Shown here: one piece after another, positions 1-8,859 of the stretch
How positions within the stretch are numbered: the stretch's first letter is position 1
Layout of the letters: every line of letters begins with the position of its first letter
Source: an uncultured Gammaproteobacteria bacterium
GTDB lineage: Bacteria; Patescibacteriota; Microgenomatia; UBA12405
Reading direction: 5' to 3'
NCBI GenBank assembly: GCA_964512875.1
Contig: CAZEKY010000003.1
Span: forward strand, 1-37,093
Length of the DNA: 37,093 nt
The notes under the pieces: generated by a model
What the model was told of the DNA's origin: nothing
The model's database searches: none
Seen by the model: the letters and a program-made list of their open reading frames with translations, nothing else
Made by a program: the position numbers and the translations under genes

Positions 1-60
1 GCATGCCCTTGCGGGCGCTTGTTTTCAAAACAAGTTCCTTACCATTCGGAGCACCCCTCC
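1..60 (-). tRNA. tRNA-Ser(UGA), 3' part cut by window edge
   Basis: The reverse complement of 1-60 reads GGAGGGGTGCTCCGAATGGTAAGGAACTTGTTTTGAAAACAAGCGCCCGCAAGGGCATGC. It has a 7-nt acceptor, an anticodon stem CTTGT/ACAAG with loop TT-TGA-AA, and a long type II variable arm that runs off the edge. Confidence 0.75.
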
Positions 61-91
61 TTAGAAATCTTTGAAAAATGATTGAAGCTTG

Positions 92-164
92 AGCCCGGAA
101 AGAAACTCGAATTCTTGACCTTCCCCTTACCAAGGGGATGCTCTACCAACTGAGCTATCCGGGC
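92..164 (-). tRNA. tRNA-Thr(GGU)
   Basis: The reverse complement folds as a full cloverleaf. Acceptor is GCCCGGA/TCCGGGC, D arm GCTC-AGTTGGTA-GAGC, anticodon arm TCCCC-TTGGTAA-GGGGA, and T arm AAGAA-TTCGAGT-TTCTT. No CCA is encoded. Confidence 0.9.
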
Positions 165-203
165 ATTTATCTGAGTATTTTATCAGAAAAATGTAATCTA
201 ATG

Positions 204-278
204 AGCCCGAAGTGAGATTCGAACTCACGACCTAGCGTTTACAAAACGCTTGCTCTAGACCAACTGAGCTACTCGGGC
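204..278 (-). tRNA. tRNA-Thr(UGU)
   Basis: The reverse complement is GCCCGAG-TA-GCTC...GAGC-A-AGCGT-TTTGTAA-ACGCT-AGGTC-GTGAG-TTCGAAT-CTCAC-TTCGGGC-T. No CCA is encoded. Confidence 0.9.
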
Positions 279-288
279 GAGATAAAAG

Positions 289-297
289 ATTATATCA
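289..297 (-). promoter_or_regulatory. extended -10 promoter (TGaTATAAT) for the Thr-Thr-Ser tRNA operon
   Basis: The reverse complement of 289-297 is TGATATAAT. It lies 10 nt upstream of the tRNA-Thr(UGU) 5' end. Confidence 0.5.
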
Positions 298-344
298 AAA
301 TATTAAAAAAAAATGGCTTATTTGTGCTTGATTTTTAGGTTAAT

Positions 345-1211
345 TTATTTTGAGGAAAAAATTTTATCAACGAAGAGCTGAGTATTTTTTCTTCGTTTTT
401 TAATTGCCTTATTGAGCTTGACAAAAAAGGGTTGAAATATCTGGGAATACTTAACATCATTAATCTGTTCAATGTCGTAGCGCTTACCACCCATTTGATA
501 CCTTACCTTTGGGGGAACATGGTAACCTCTTAATAAGATATTAAAATTAAGTTGTAAGTATTGAGTTAAAGATTTTAAAACTCCTTCAGCTCGAAAACGT
601 CGAAGAGAAAAATAAAATCGAGGATGAGTTAAAATTAACAATTTGTAATGATAATCGTAAAGGTTTTGAAAAAGTTGACTATCTTCAGCAAATTTTGTTT
701 TTACATCATAGCCACCAATATCAAAAAAAGCGCCTCTTTTAACAGCTTGCATGGCACCAAAAGAGAAGGGGATTTTAAATACTTTACCCGTCTCAAAAAC
801 TAAATTACAAAAAAAGGCAAACATAAGCTCTATCGGACTTTTGGAGTCTACTTTGACATAGGTTGTTAAGAAATGAGGCTTTTTTTTATCAAAAGCTTGT
901 TGAATTTTTTTAAGATAATTATTCGGAATTTGTGTATCAGCATCAAAGAAGATAAAAATATCACCTTTGGCCTTTTTTGCTCCTAAATTTCTCTGAAAAG
1001 CAACATTTCTGGTTGAAGTGGAATGAATTGAAAGAGGATATTTGGCTGGAAAATCTTTGATTACCTTAACGGTATTATCTTGTGACTTGCCATCGACAAT
1101 AACAACTTCAAAATCTTTGAAGCTTTGTGAATTTAAATTTTTTAAAAGATCAGAAATAAAATTTTCCTCATTAAGACAAGGAATAATAATGGAGAAATAA
1201 GGTTTTTTCAT
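345..1211 (-). CDS. family 2 glycosyltransferase (GT-A fold)
   Basis: Motifs are FSIIIPCLNEE, VVIVDGKSQDNT and FFDADT (DxD-type). The start at M36 (1211) gives the usual GT2 N-terminus MKKPYFSIIIP. The ORF extends to 1316, but those extra 35 aa look non-homologous. Confidence 0.8.
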   Translation of the reverse strand: MKKPYFSIIIPCLNEENFISDLLKNLNSQSFKDFEVVIVDGKSQDNTVKVIKDFPAKYPLSIHSTSTRNVAFQRNLGAKKAKGDIFIFFDADTQIPNNYLKKIQQAFDKKKPHFLTTYVKVDSKSPIELMFAFFCNLVFETGKVFKIPFSFGAMQAVKRGAFFDIGGYDVKTKFAEDSQLFQNLYDYHYKLLILTHPRFYFSLRRFRAEGVLKSLTQYLQLNFNILLRGYHVPPKVRYQMGGKRYDIEQINDVKYSQIFQPFFVKLNKAIKKRRKNTQLFVDKIFSSK

Positions 1212-1418
1212 AAAGAATATCCCGCCAAAAGTTTTCTTTGATAATGGCTTTTCCACGCTAAAAATACGTGGTGGAAAACTATTCTTAAGCGCAAACTTAA
1301 AAAAAGCGTTTTCCATTTAAGATGGTTAGTTAGAAAAAACACCTTCTCAAAGTGCTGCTTTCAGCAGGACAATTAATTTTACCAAAAATGAGAAGCCTTG
1401 TCATGATAAGAGAAGGGT

Positions 1419-1446
1419 TTTGTCTATAAAGTAAAAAAGGTATAAT
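1419..1446 (+). promoter_or_regulatory. candidate sigma70-type promoter (TTGTCT-16 bp-TATAAT), 7 nt before ATG 1454
   Basis: TTGTCT is at 1419-1424 and TATAAT at 1441-1446. There is no Shine-Dalgarno sequence in the 7-nt gap. Confidence 0.4.
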
Positions 1447-1453
1447 AACTATT

Positions 1454-1681
1454 ATGAATAATAAAACTCCAATTTCTAAAGAAATATTAATTTTGGATTT
1501 GGTTGAACAATATCCAGAGCTGATTGAGACATTGACTGAAAAATATGGATTCCACTGTGTTGGCTGTTTGGCAGCATCGATGGAAAGTCTAGAAGAAGGA
1601 GCAAAAGTTCATGGAATGTCAAAAAGTGAAATAGATAGTCTGGTTGAAGAACTGAAAAAGAAAGTGAACCCAAAGAACTAA
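1454..1681 (+). CDS. DUF1858 / hybrid-cluster-protein-associated redox disulfide domain protein
   Basis: The 75-aa protein contains ILDLVEQYPELIETLTEKYGFHCVGCLAASMESLEEGAKVHG, the typical CxxC-containing DUF1858 pattern. Confidence 0.7.
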   Translation: MNNKTPISKEILILDLVEQYPELIETLTEKYGFHCVGCLAASMESLEEGAKVHGMSKSEIDSLVEELKKKVNPKN

Positions 1682-2283
1682 AAAGCAAGGAAGGTACTTA
1701 TTGATTGAATTATTGGACCGATAATCAGGCTGATAAGATTAGTACCTCTAATTGGTAAAAAAAGCAGAAGTAGCGTCAAGATGACGCCATAACTGTTAAA
1801 AGCTTCTTCAAGCTGTTGTGAAAGGTCTTGGGGGAGAAGACTAACAAGGATTTTTGATCCATCCAGGGGAGGTAATGGTAAAAGATTGAAAACAGCTAAA
1901 ACAATATTCATTCTAATCATAACTGCCAAAAACAGTACTAAAAACACATTTGTTGACATAACCTTTATTAAAAGAGATAAAATTAAAGCCAACAAGAGAT
2001 TACTAAGGGGTCCGGCGAGAGAGATTAGGGCTTCATCTCTTTTGGGATTTTGTAGATTGTAAGGGTCAATCGGAACCGGTTTACCCCAGCCAAAGTTAAA
2101 CAGAATTAAAGAAATGGTTCCAAGAGGATCAAGATGTTTTAAGGGGTTTAAAGTTAATCTACCTCTTGACCTGGGAGTTGGATCTCCAAGGTAATCGGCA
2201 ATAAAAGCGTGAGAAAATTCATGAATCGTAATGGCGACAATTAGAGAAAGATAAAAAAAGATAGAAGAAAGAATATTTGCCAT
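1678..2283 (-). CDS. M50-family site-2 metalloprotease (small, no PDZ)
   Basis: It has HEFSHAF (HExxH) in the first TM helix and a distal NLLPLPPLDGSKIL motif. The protein is multi-pass hydrophobic. Confidence 0.8.
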   Translation of the reverse strand: MANILSSIFFYLSLIVAITIHEFSHAFIADYLGDPTPRSRGRLTLNPLKHLDPLGTISLILFNFGWGKPVPIDPYNLQNPKRDEALISLAGPLSNLLLALILSLLIKVMSTNVFLVLFLAVMIRMNIVLAVFNLLPLPPLDGSKILVSLLPQDLSQQLEEAFNSYGVILTLLLLFLPIRGTNLISLIIGPIIQSISTFLAF

Positions 2284-2321
2284 ATTTCAAAAAATAATTT
2301 GATTTGATATTATACCTTACT

Positions 2322-2528
2322 ATGAGAACATGTAGTTTATGTAAAAAGGGAACCAAGATTGGTCAAAATCGATCTCATGCCCAAAATAGAACCCCAAGAA
2401 CTTTTATGGCTAATATCCAAAAGGTCACTTTGATGGTTGGAGAAACTAAAATTAGCGGTATTTTTTGTGCCAAGTGCTTAAAAAGACTTAAAAAAGAAGC
2501 TGAAGAACAAAAAGCTAAGGCTAAATAA
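2322..2528 (+). CDS. rpmB: 50S ribosomal protein L28
   Basis: MRTCSLCKKGTKIGQNRSHAQNRTPRTFMANIQKV matches the L28 core. ATG 2322 is preferred over the TTG at 2304. Confidence 0.85.
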   Translation: MRTCSLCKKGTKIGQNRSHAQNRTPRTFMANIQKVTLMVGETKISGIFCAKCLKRLKKEAEEQKAKAK

Positions 2529-2532
2529 TTTT

Positions 2533-3402
2533 TTATTGTTGGTAAATTATCGAATAATAGTTTTTAATTTCTGTCCAGTTTGTTATCTTTTTTCCTTCTA
2601 TTTGAACGGATATCGGTATTAATTTTTGATTGGCTACAATAGAAGAAAGAATTTTCATTTTTAAGATATCACCTTGCTGGTTTTTAATATAAGTCCAGGC
2701 GATTGGCCAGGGATTAAGAGCTCTAATAAAACGTTCAATTTTAGTAAGATCCCAACTCCAATTAATTTGAGCACTATTTTTATCAAGTTTTGGAAAATAG
2801 GACTTTTTCTGATGATCTTGATTTTTTAGCTTAATTGAATTGGAAAGATACCCTTTTAGGGTATCTTTAAGTTTTATGGCTGCAAGCTCAAAAGCTTTTT
2901 GATAAAAACTAGAAGCTGTTTCCGTACTGGAAATGTCAAAAGGGAACTGAGAAATAATGGGGCCATGATCAGGAAGAGGATCGATTTGAAAAAAACAAAC
3001 GGAAGATTTAGTTTCTCCATTAATAATTTGCCAAGGTCCGGGAGTTGCTCCTCGATATTTAGGCAGAGGAGAAGGATGAATATTAACAATTTTGTATTTA
3101 GGGAAGTGAATCATCTCTTGATCAAAAAAAGGAGGTCCAAAAGCAACAACGAGATAAAGATCGGCCTTCATATCCTTTAGTTTTTTTTTGAAATTTGAGT
3201 CAAACTCGTTTGTTGGCAATAACTTTAGATTGTTTTGATAAGCGAAATTGGCTACTGGGTTTGGGGTGACTTGTTGTTTTCGTCCAGTCGCTTTGTCAGG
3301 TTTAGTAACAATTGCTAGTAGATTAAAATCTTTAATCTTAATAATTTCTTGTAAAATAATTAAAGAATATTGGGAAGAGCCAAAAAAAATCAGATTAAGC
3401 AT
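2533..3402 (-). CDS. fmt: methionyl-tRNA formyltransferase
   Basis: Motifs are N-terminal IFFGSSQYS, VTKPDKATGRKQQV, NIHPSPLPKYRGATP, and a C-terminal formyltransferase domain. Confidence 0.9.
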   Translation of the reverse strand: MLNLIFFGSSQYSLIILQEIIKIKDFNLLAIVTKPDKATGRKQQVTPNPVANFAYQNNLKLLPTNEFDSNFKKKLKDMKADLYLVVAFGPPFFDQEMIHFPKYKIVNIHPSPLPKYRGATPGPWQIINGETKSSVCFFQIDPLPDHGPIISQFPFDISSTETASSFYQKAFELAAIKLKDTLKGYLSNSIKLKNQDHQKKSYFPKLDKNSAQINWSWDLTKIERFIRALNPWPIAWTYIKNQQGDILKMKILSSIVANQKLIPISVQIEGKKITNWTEIKNYYSIIYQQ

Positions 3403-3445
3403 AGAGGTAGTTTATCAAGAAAAAGGCATAATGTTAAAATAACGC

Positions 3446-4003
3446 ATGACAAAAATAGTGATTTATCCTTCAGAAGTATTAAGAAAAAAAACTGAAAAAA
3501 TTATAGACGTTAATAAAGAGTTATTGTCTGATATTAAAAAACTAAATAAAATTTTAAAAAATGGTGAAAATGCAGCAGGATTAGCAGCGCCACAAATTGG
3601 AATTAGTAAAAGATTTTTTGGCAGTAAAGAAATTTCTAACGGAGAAATAAAAATTTATCTTAATCCTACAATCGAAAAAAGTTACGGTGTAAAAATTTTT
3701 CCAAAAATCGTAAATGAAGAAAAAAAGGAAAGTGATTTTTTAGAAGGGTGTTTATCTTTTCCTAATCTATTTGGGACAGTCAAGAGATGGTTGAAAATAG
3801 ATGTTAGCTGGGATGAGGTTGATGGTAATAAGTTAATTAATAAAAAAGCCTCTTTGACTTCTTTTGATGCTATTGTTTGGCAGCATGAACAAGATCACCT
3901 TGATGGAATTGTTTTTATCGACCACATTAAGGAAGATAAGGGGAAATTATATAAAGATATAAATGGAAAAATGATTCAACAAAGCCTAGAGACTATTGAA
4001 TAA
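3446..4003 (+). CDS. def: peptide deformylase
   Basis: The three PDF motifs are present: GLAAPQIG, EGCLSFP and QHEQDHLDG. Confidence 0.9.
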   Translation: MTKIVIYPSEVLRKKTEKIIDVNKELLSDIKKLNKILKNGENAAGLAAPQIGISKRFFGSKEISNGEIKIYLNPTIEKSYGVKIFPKIVNEEKKESDFLEGCLSFPNLFGTVKRWLKIDVSWDEVDGNKLINKKASLTSFDAIVWQHEQDHLDGIVFIDHIKEDKGKLYKDINGKMIQQSLETIE

Positions 4004-5950
4004 TCTTTCTGCTTCAGTATTAGTGGGATAAGAAAAATCAATAGCTTGTTGTAAATTTTTCTTCGCCAAATCGATTTGCTTATTTTTTAAATAAATTTTT
4101 CCGAGCGCAAAATAAGCATGATCATAATTTGCTTTTAACTCGATAGCTTTTTGATAATGACTAATTGCCTGATCGTTTAGATTGGCAGCTTCGAGAAATT
4201 GGGCTGCAGAATAGGGGATTTTGGGATCGCTTGGTGCCAGTTTGGCTGCGGTTGCAAGTGCAGCCAAACTTTGGGAAAAATATTTACCATCAATTGCAGA
4301 TAAATATAAATAGGTTTGAGCTCTTTGTTTCCAAAAATTAATATTAGCGGGTGATTTTTGAATCGTTAGATCGGAATAATAGATTGATTTCTCAAGAGAA
4401 TCTGGATCATTAGTGTTGAGTGCAAGCTTAGAATAGAGGCTGGCAAGCTTATCAGTGTAAAGAGGTTCGAAAGGATTAAATTCGTTACTTTTTTGAATAA
4501 AAGAAAGAGCCATTTGATAATTATTGATTGTTTCATAGTTTAGAGATTGGTTATAAGTAATGTCAGCCAAATAAAAGAAAATATTTTTCTTAAGCATCAA
4601 AAAGGTTAAGAATAATATGAAAATAATTAATAAATTATTAAAAGCCGGGTAAGAAATTTTTTTATCCTGGTCTTTTATTTTTTTATCGGTGTTAATCAAA
4701 AAAACAGGTAATAAATAAAAATAAAGAGAAGTGATTACTACGGAAAAGCCAGCTAGATTGGTAATTAAAATGCTGACAAAGGAGGCCAAAATGGCACTGT
4801 TAATATTTTTTTTAAATAAACCCCTAAGGCAAATAACAAGAACGGTGGTAATAAAAAAGACATAAGTGGCAAACCCAACAATGCCGGTAGTAGCAAGATA
4901 ATTTAGATATTCATTGTGAGCTTTGTTGTAGAGATAATCCCACTCGGAGGTTAAGTTATGAGAGATGGGTCGTGTCCAGTAATAGGAATAGGCAAAAGTT
5001 TCAACTCCGGTACCAAAATATGGAAATTTCTTCCAAAGGTCAATGGCTCCTTGCCAAACAATTTGACGAATTTGTCCCGATGGGGTAACAATTATGTTGT
5101 TGTTTTTGGCAACCGGCACTAAAGATTGGTTTTTGTTGATAAAAAAGTGATCTTTAATAGGGTTTTTAATGATAAAAGATAAAAGAATGATGATGATTAT
5201 TGGTAATAGTGAAAATTTGACTTCTTTATTTTTTAAATTTATTAAAAAACGAAGAAAATAATATAAAAAGGTGATTAACAAACAGGCAATAATTCCGGAT
5301 TTAGATTTTGTAAAAAGAAGAGAGGTGTAAAAAACAGAAAGTAAGAAATAATAAAACATCTTATTAGATAAAGTTTTAACACTTAGTAGCTGGTGATAAA
5401 TAAAAGGAATTAAGAGAAGGAGATAAGCTGCCAGCCAATTCGGTTGTCCCAGAGTAGAAAAAATTCTTGATTGCACATCTTGAACCCAATTGTCCTTGTC
5501 AATACCAAAATGCTGAGTAATTCCGTAAAGAGCAACAAGAAAAGCTGAAAAAAGAGAAACCTTGATAATTTTTTGTTTAAAATTATTGTCGATATAAACC
5601 ACTAAAATCCAATAAAGTAAACAGTAAGAAATAATTGAGAGCAAGCCTCCGTTCATCCGAGAGTAATATCCAAAAAAAGAAGTGTGTGGATCAATGGAAT
5701 AATAGGTTGAGATCACTTGAGAAACTAAAAATAAAAGGAGGGGAAGGTCAAAAATGCTTTTTCGATATAAGGGTTGTTTTTTTTGAAAGACATTAAGGAA
5801 ATGAAGAGAAGTAATGATGATCGTTAACAGATAAACGAAATACATTTTTGGCAACTCAAAGAGTTCTGAGTTGGACTGAGTAAAAATTAAAGGTGTTAAG
5901 AAAAATAAAAGCAAATAAAGCTTTTTAATTAAGGCTGTTAATAGTCTCAT
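3986..5950 (-). CDS. O-antigen ligase/polymerase-like polytopic membrane protein fused to C-terminal TPR repeats
   Basis: About 12 hydrophobic segments are followed by a Wzy_C-like loop (GQPNWLAAYL, HNEYLNYLATTG). After two more TM helices there are TPR-like repeats (AISHYQKAIELKANYDHAYFALGKIY). Confidence 0.7.
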   Translation of the reverse strand: MRLLTALIKKLYLLLFFLTPLIFTQSNSELFELPKMYFVYLLTIIITSLHFLNVFQKKQPLYRKSIFDLPLLLFLVSQVISTYYSIDPHTSFFGYYSRMNGGLLSIISYCLLYWILVVYIDNNFKQKIIKVSLFSAFLVALYGITQHFGIDKDNWVQDVQSRIFSTLGQPNWLAAYLLLLIPFIYHQLLSVKTLSNKMFYYFLLSVFYTSLLFTKSKSGIIACLLITFLYYFLRFLINLKNKEVKFSLLPIIIIILLSFIIKNPIKDHFFINKNQSLVPVAKNNNIIVTPSGQIRQIVWQGAIDLWKKFPYFGTGVETFAYSYYWTRPISHNLTSEWDYLYNKAHNEYLNYLATTGIVGFATYVFFITTVLVICLRGLFKKNINSAILASFVSILITNLAGFSVVITSLYFYLLPVFLINTDKKIKDQDKKISYPAFNNLLIIFILFLTFLMLKKNIFFYLADITYNQSLNYETINNYQMALSFIQKSNEFNPFEPLYTDKLASLYSKLALNTNDPDSLEKSIYYSDLTIQKSPANINFWKQRAQTYLYLSAIDGKYFSQSLAALATAAKLAPSDPKIPYSAAQFLEAANLNDQAISHYQKAIELKANYDHAYFALGKIYLKNKQIDLAKKNLQQAIDFSYPTNTEAERLFNSL

Positions 5951-5995
5951 TGAATCTATTGTAACTTAAAGGGCCTAACTTGTTATAATTTTAGA

Positions 5996-7111
5996 GTGGA
6001 CAAGATTTTATTGATAAAAAACAGGGTTAGAGATTTTTTTTCACTTTTAAGTTGGGATATTGGGGTGGATTTGGGAAGTAGCAATACTTTGATTTTTTTA
6101 AAAGATAGAGGAGTAGTGATTGATGAGCCAACCATGGTGGCCAGAATAAAGAAAAAAAGATGGACGGGACTTTTGGCACCAAAAACTAAAAAAGGAGGAA
6201 TTATTGCTTTTGGTTTTAAGGCCAAAGAAATGTTAAACAGAGAGCCAAAACAAATTGAGGTGATATCTCCAATCAAAAATGGGTTAGTGTCAGACGTGGA
6301 GGCATTAGAAAGTTTAATTTCTTACTATTTAAAATTAGTTTATGAAATACCATCAAAATATCCAAAAATTTTTAAACCAAGAGTAATAGTCGGAGTTCCT
6401 GGATCGATAAATCAAGTTCAAAAAAGAGCAGTAAAATCAATATTTTTAAATGCTGGAGCAAAAGAGGTAATTTTGCTTGAAGAGGCGGTGCTTGCTGCTG
6501 TTGGTAGTGGTTTGCCGGTTGATAGCTGTTCAGGTCTAGTGGTAGTTGATGTTGGAGGAGGAAAAACGGAGGTTAGTGTGGTCTCCATGGGAGGAGTAGT
6601 GGTGGGAAGAGGCATAAAAACATCAGGAGATGATTTGGATGTCAGTATTTCAAATTATATAAAAATGAAATATGGAGTATTGGTGGGGCAAAATAGTGCT
6701 GAAAAAATTAAAATGGAAATAGCTAATTTTTCGAATAAAGATATGGATAAAAAGACAGCTCTGGTTCGGGGGCGCGATCTTGAAAGTGGTTTACCAAAAA
6801 CAATAAAATTAACAGAAGGAGAAATAAGAGAAGCAATTTCAATGGATTTATCTAAAATTGTAAAATTGGTGTCAACAGTTTTGGATGAAACACCTCCAGA
6901 GTTAATGCAAGATATTTTAAAAAGAGGAATAGTTTTAATGGGTAATGGAGCACGAATTAAAGGACTGGCTCAAATGATTGAAAGTGAAACTAAAATTTTT
7001 ACAAAAGTACTCGAAGATCCGGGGATGGTAATAATTCGGGGGTGTGGAGAGTTAATTCAAAACAGAGAGATATTGAAAAAAGTTAAACTAGTGTCGGGAT
7101 TAAAAGAATGA
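5996..7111 (+). CDS. mreB: rod-shape-determining actin homologue MreB
   Basis: Motifs are DIGVDLGSSNTLIF, VVDVGGGKTEVSV and VLMGNGARIKGL. The start is GTG 5996, or TTG 6011; there is no in-frame ATG before the conserved core. Confidence 0.88.
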   Translation: MDKILLIKNRVRDFFSLLSWDIGVDLGSSNTLIFLKDRGVVIDEPTMVARIKKKRWTGLLAPKTKKGGIIAFGFKAKEMLNREPKQIEVISPIKNGLVSDVEALESLISYYLKLVYEIPSKYPKIFKPRVIVGVPGSINQVQKRAVKSIFLNAGAKEVILLEEAVLAAVGSGLPVDSCSGLVVVDVGGGKTEVSVVSMGGVVVGRGIKTSGDDLDVSISNYIKMKYGVLVGQNSAEKIKMEIANFSNKDMDKKTALVRGRDLESGLPKTIKLTEGEIREAISMDLSKIVKLVSTVLDETPPELMQDILKRGIVLMGNGARIKGLAQMIESETKIFTKVLEDPGMVIIRGCGELIQNREILKKVKLVSGLKE

Positions 7112-8745
7112 ATGAAATAGCTGATTATTCCTGGAAATATTGGATCTTAAAATTTGGCTTAATTTTTAGCATTGGGATTTTAATGACAATGGTTTTAAGA
7201 TTGGGAATAATTAAGGGTCAGTATTACAAGAATTTGGCTATTGATAACAAGCTATTAGAAAAAAAAATTCCAGCGGCCAGGGCGACCATTTTAGACAGGA
7301 AAGGAAGAGTGGTGGCTCAAAGTATCTATCAGTATTTTAAAATGGATGGTGATAATAAAATATATGAAGGGAGAGGAGATTTTCAGGGATATAAATTTGA
7401 AGGTGAGAATTTAGCCTATGAGCTAAAAAGATATTATCCCTATGGAGAGTCGATGTCACTAATTACTGGTTATGTTGGAAAAATTAACAAAGAAGACCAG
7501 TTTAGTAATAAATGCGACACGAGACTGGGTAATGATGAAATGGTTGGTAGAAGTGGTATAGAATCATATTTTGATTGTGAAATTAGAGGGGTGGCAGGAA
7601 AAAGACTCGTAGAGGTTGATGCTTTAGGGGCTTATGTTAGAGAATTGGGAAGACAAGAACCTGAAGTGGCTAAGGAAATTGTCTTATCTATAGATGCTTA
7701 TTGGCAAGATAAAATTTATAAAATGCTTAAGGGTAAAAAGGCCGCGGTGATTATGAGTGATCCAAAAAGTGGAAAGATAATAACTATGGTTTCAAGTCCT
7801 TCTTTTGACGCCAATGATTTTTCATATGATGTTAATCAAAATAAAATTAAAGATTATTTGACAGATAATAGTAATTTACCCTTAATTAATAGAGTTATTT
7901 CTGGAAGATATAGTCCAGGATCAGTGTTCAAAATGGTGATCGCCACGGCAGGATTAGAAAGTGGAGTGATTAATAAGAATACTGAAATTGAGGATACGGG
8001 AGTTTTTAAAATAGGAGATTATTCTTATAAAACATGGAGTGGAGTAAATGATGGAATGGTAAATGTAACAAAGGCATTAAAGCGATCAAACGATATCTTT
8101 TTTTATAGTTTAGGCGAAAAATTGGGTTTACAAAGAATTGTTGATTGGACAAAAAAATTTGGTTATGGTCAAAAAACCGGGGTAGAGTTATCAGGAGAAA
8201 TAGAGGGAATTGTCCCTGATGAGAAATGGAAAAAAGAAGTTAAGGGTGAAAGTTGGTTTGTAGGTAATACTTTGCACTTGTCAATTGGACAAGGGGATTT
8301 AAGTGTAACGCCATTGCAGGTGAGCCAAATGACAAATATCATTGCTAATGGAGGAAAAAAATGTAAAATGTCAATTTTAAAAGACTCTGAGATAGAATGT
8401 GAGGACTTAGGGATAAAAAAAGAAAACATCAAAACAGTTATTGATGGAATGAAGGCGGCTTGTAAAAGCGGAGGAACAGCTTGGCCTTTATTTAATTTTA
8501 AAACCGAAATCGCCTGTAAAACAGGAACAGCAGAGATTGGAGATGGAAGTAAAGACACTCAGGCTTGGTTAACTGCTTTTGCTCCAGCTGATGATCCTCA
8601 AATTTCAATCACCGTGTTGGTTGAAAGAGGAGGAGAGGGATCGTCTGCGGCTGCTCCAATAGTGGGAGATATTTTAAAAGAATGGTTTAGTGAAAGTGAA
8701 ACACTTGTCCCTAGATATACCGAAAATGAGGCAGAAGCTGAATAG
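7108..8745 (+). CDS. mrdA: penicillin-binding protein 2 (class B transpeptidase)
   Basis: It has an N-terminal TM anchor and a PBP dimerisation region, plus SPGSVFK (SxxK), SND and KTGTAE. ATG 7108 overlaps the mreB TGA stop (ATGA). Confidence 0.85.
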   Translation: MNEIADYSWKYWILKFGLIFSIGILMTMVLRLGIIKGQYYKNLAIDNKLLEKKIPAARATILDRKGRVVAQSIYQYFKMDGDNKIYEGRGDFQGYKFEGENLAYELKRYYPYGESMSLITGYVGKINKEDQFSNKCDTRLGNDEMVGRSGIESYFDCEIRGVAGKRLVEVDALGAYVRELGRQEPEVAKEIVLSIDAYWQDKIYKMLKGKKAAVIMSDPKSGKIITMVSSPSFDANDFSYDVNQNKIKDYLTDNSNLPLINRVISGRYSPGSVFKMVIATAGLESGVINKNTEIEDTGVFKIGDYSYKTWSGVNDGMVNVTKALKRSNDIFFYSLGEKLGLQRIVDWTKKFGYGQKTGVELSGEIEGIVPDEKWKKEVKGESWFVGNTLHLSIGQGDLSVTPLQVSQMTNIIANGGKKCKMSILKDSEIECEDLGIKKENIKTVIDGMKAACKSGGTAWPLFNFKTEIACKTGTAEIGDGSKDTQAWLTAFAPADDPQISITVLVERGGEGSSAAAPIVGDILKEWFSESETLVPRYTENEAEAE

Positions 8746-8767
8746 TGTACTTTGATAATTTTTATCG

Positions 8768-8776
8768 TGTTAGAAT
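8768..8776 (+). promoter_or_regulatory. candidate extended -10 promoter (TGtTAGAAT) upstream of topA
   Basis: The motif was read directly and lies 84 nt before ATG 8860. A second candidate, TTGACA 8822-8827 plus AACAAT 8845-8850, lies closer. Confidence 0.3.
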
Positions 8777-8859
8777 AGCCATTAAAGTTAATATTTTTTT
8801 GAATAAAAGTGATTTTCGTAATTGACAGAGATGCCTTTATGAATAACAATGGGAAATAA

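Noticed and set aside
5983-6276. 97-aa minus-strand ORF overlapping the mreB 5' end
   Set aside because: It is antisense to conserved MreB motifs, and its position would destroy the divergent promoter geometry. The other short antisense ORFs in the track were rejected on the same reasoning: 1476-1688, 2874-3089, 2899-3180, 3248-3442, 6418-6615, 8169-8558, 8598-8849, 9824-10006, 10305-10697, 10562-10753, 11778-12011, 14281-14466, 15845-16069, 16512-16871, 16585-16770, 16975-17160, 17116-17361, 21030-21248, 22008-22289, 22024-22233, 23081-23299, 23448-23705, 24174-24425, 25785-25976, 26029-26259, 28715-28912, 31413-31646, 31667-31855, 33226-33408, 33732-33920, 34082-34363, 35087-35302, 35581-35880 and 35811-36011.
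7108-7111. Alternative genetic code with TGA recoded, as in some reduced-genome lineages
   Set aside because: TGA ends mreB (7109-7111), the 18601 gene (19291-19293), dnaX (22603-22605) and cysS (25411-25413) at positions consistent with full-length homologues. The standard bacterial code fits.
8831-8842. Tiny ORF ATG-CCT-TTA-TGA in the topA leader as a possible regulatory leader peptide
   Set aside because: It is only three codons long, has no Shine-Dalgarno site and no associated structure, so it cannot be distinguished from chance.
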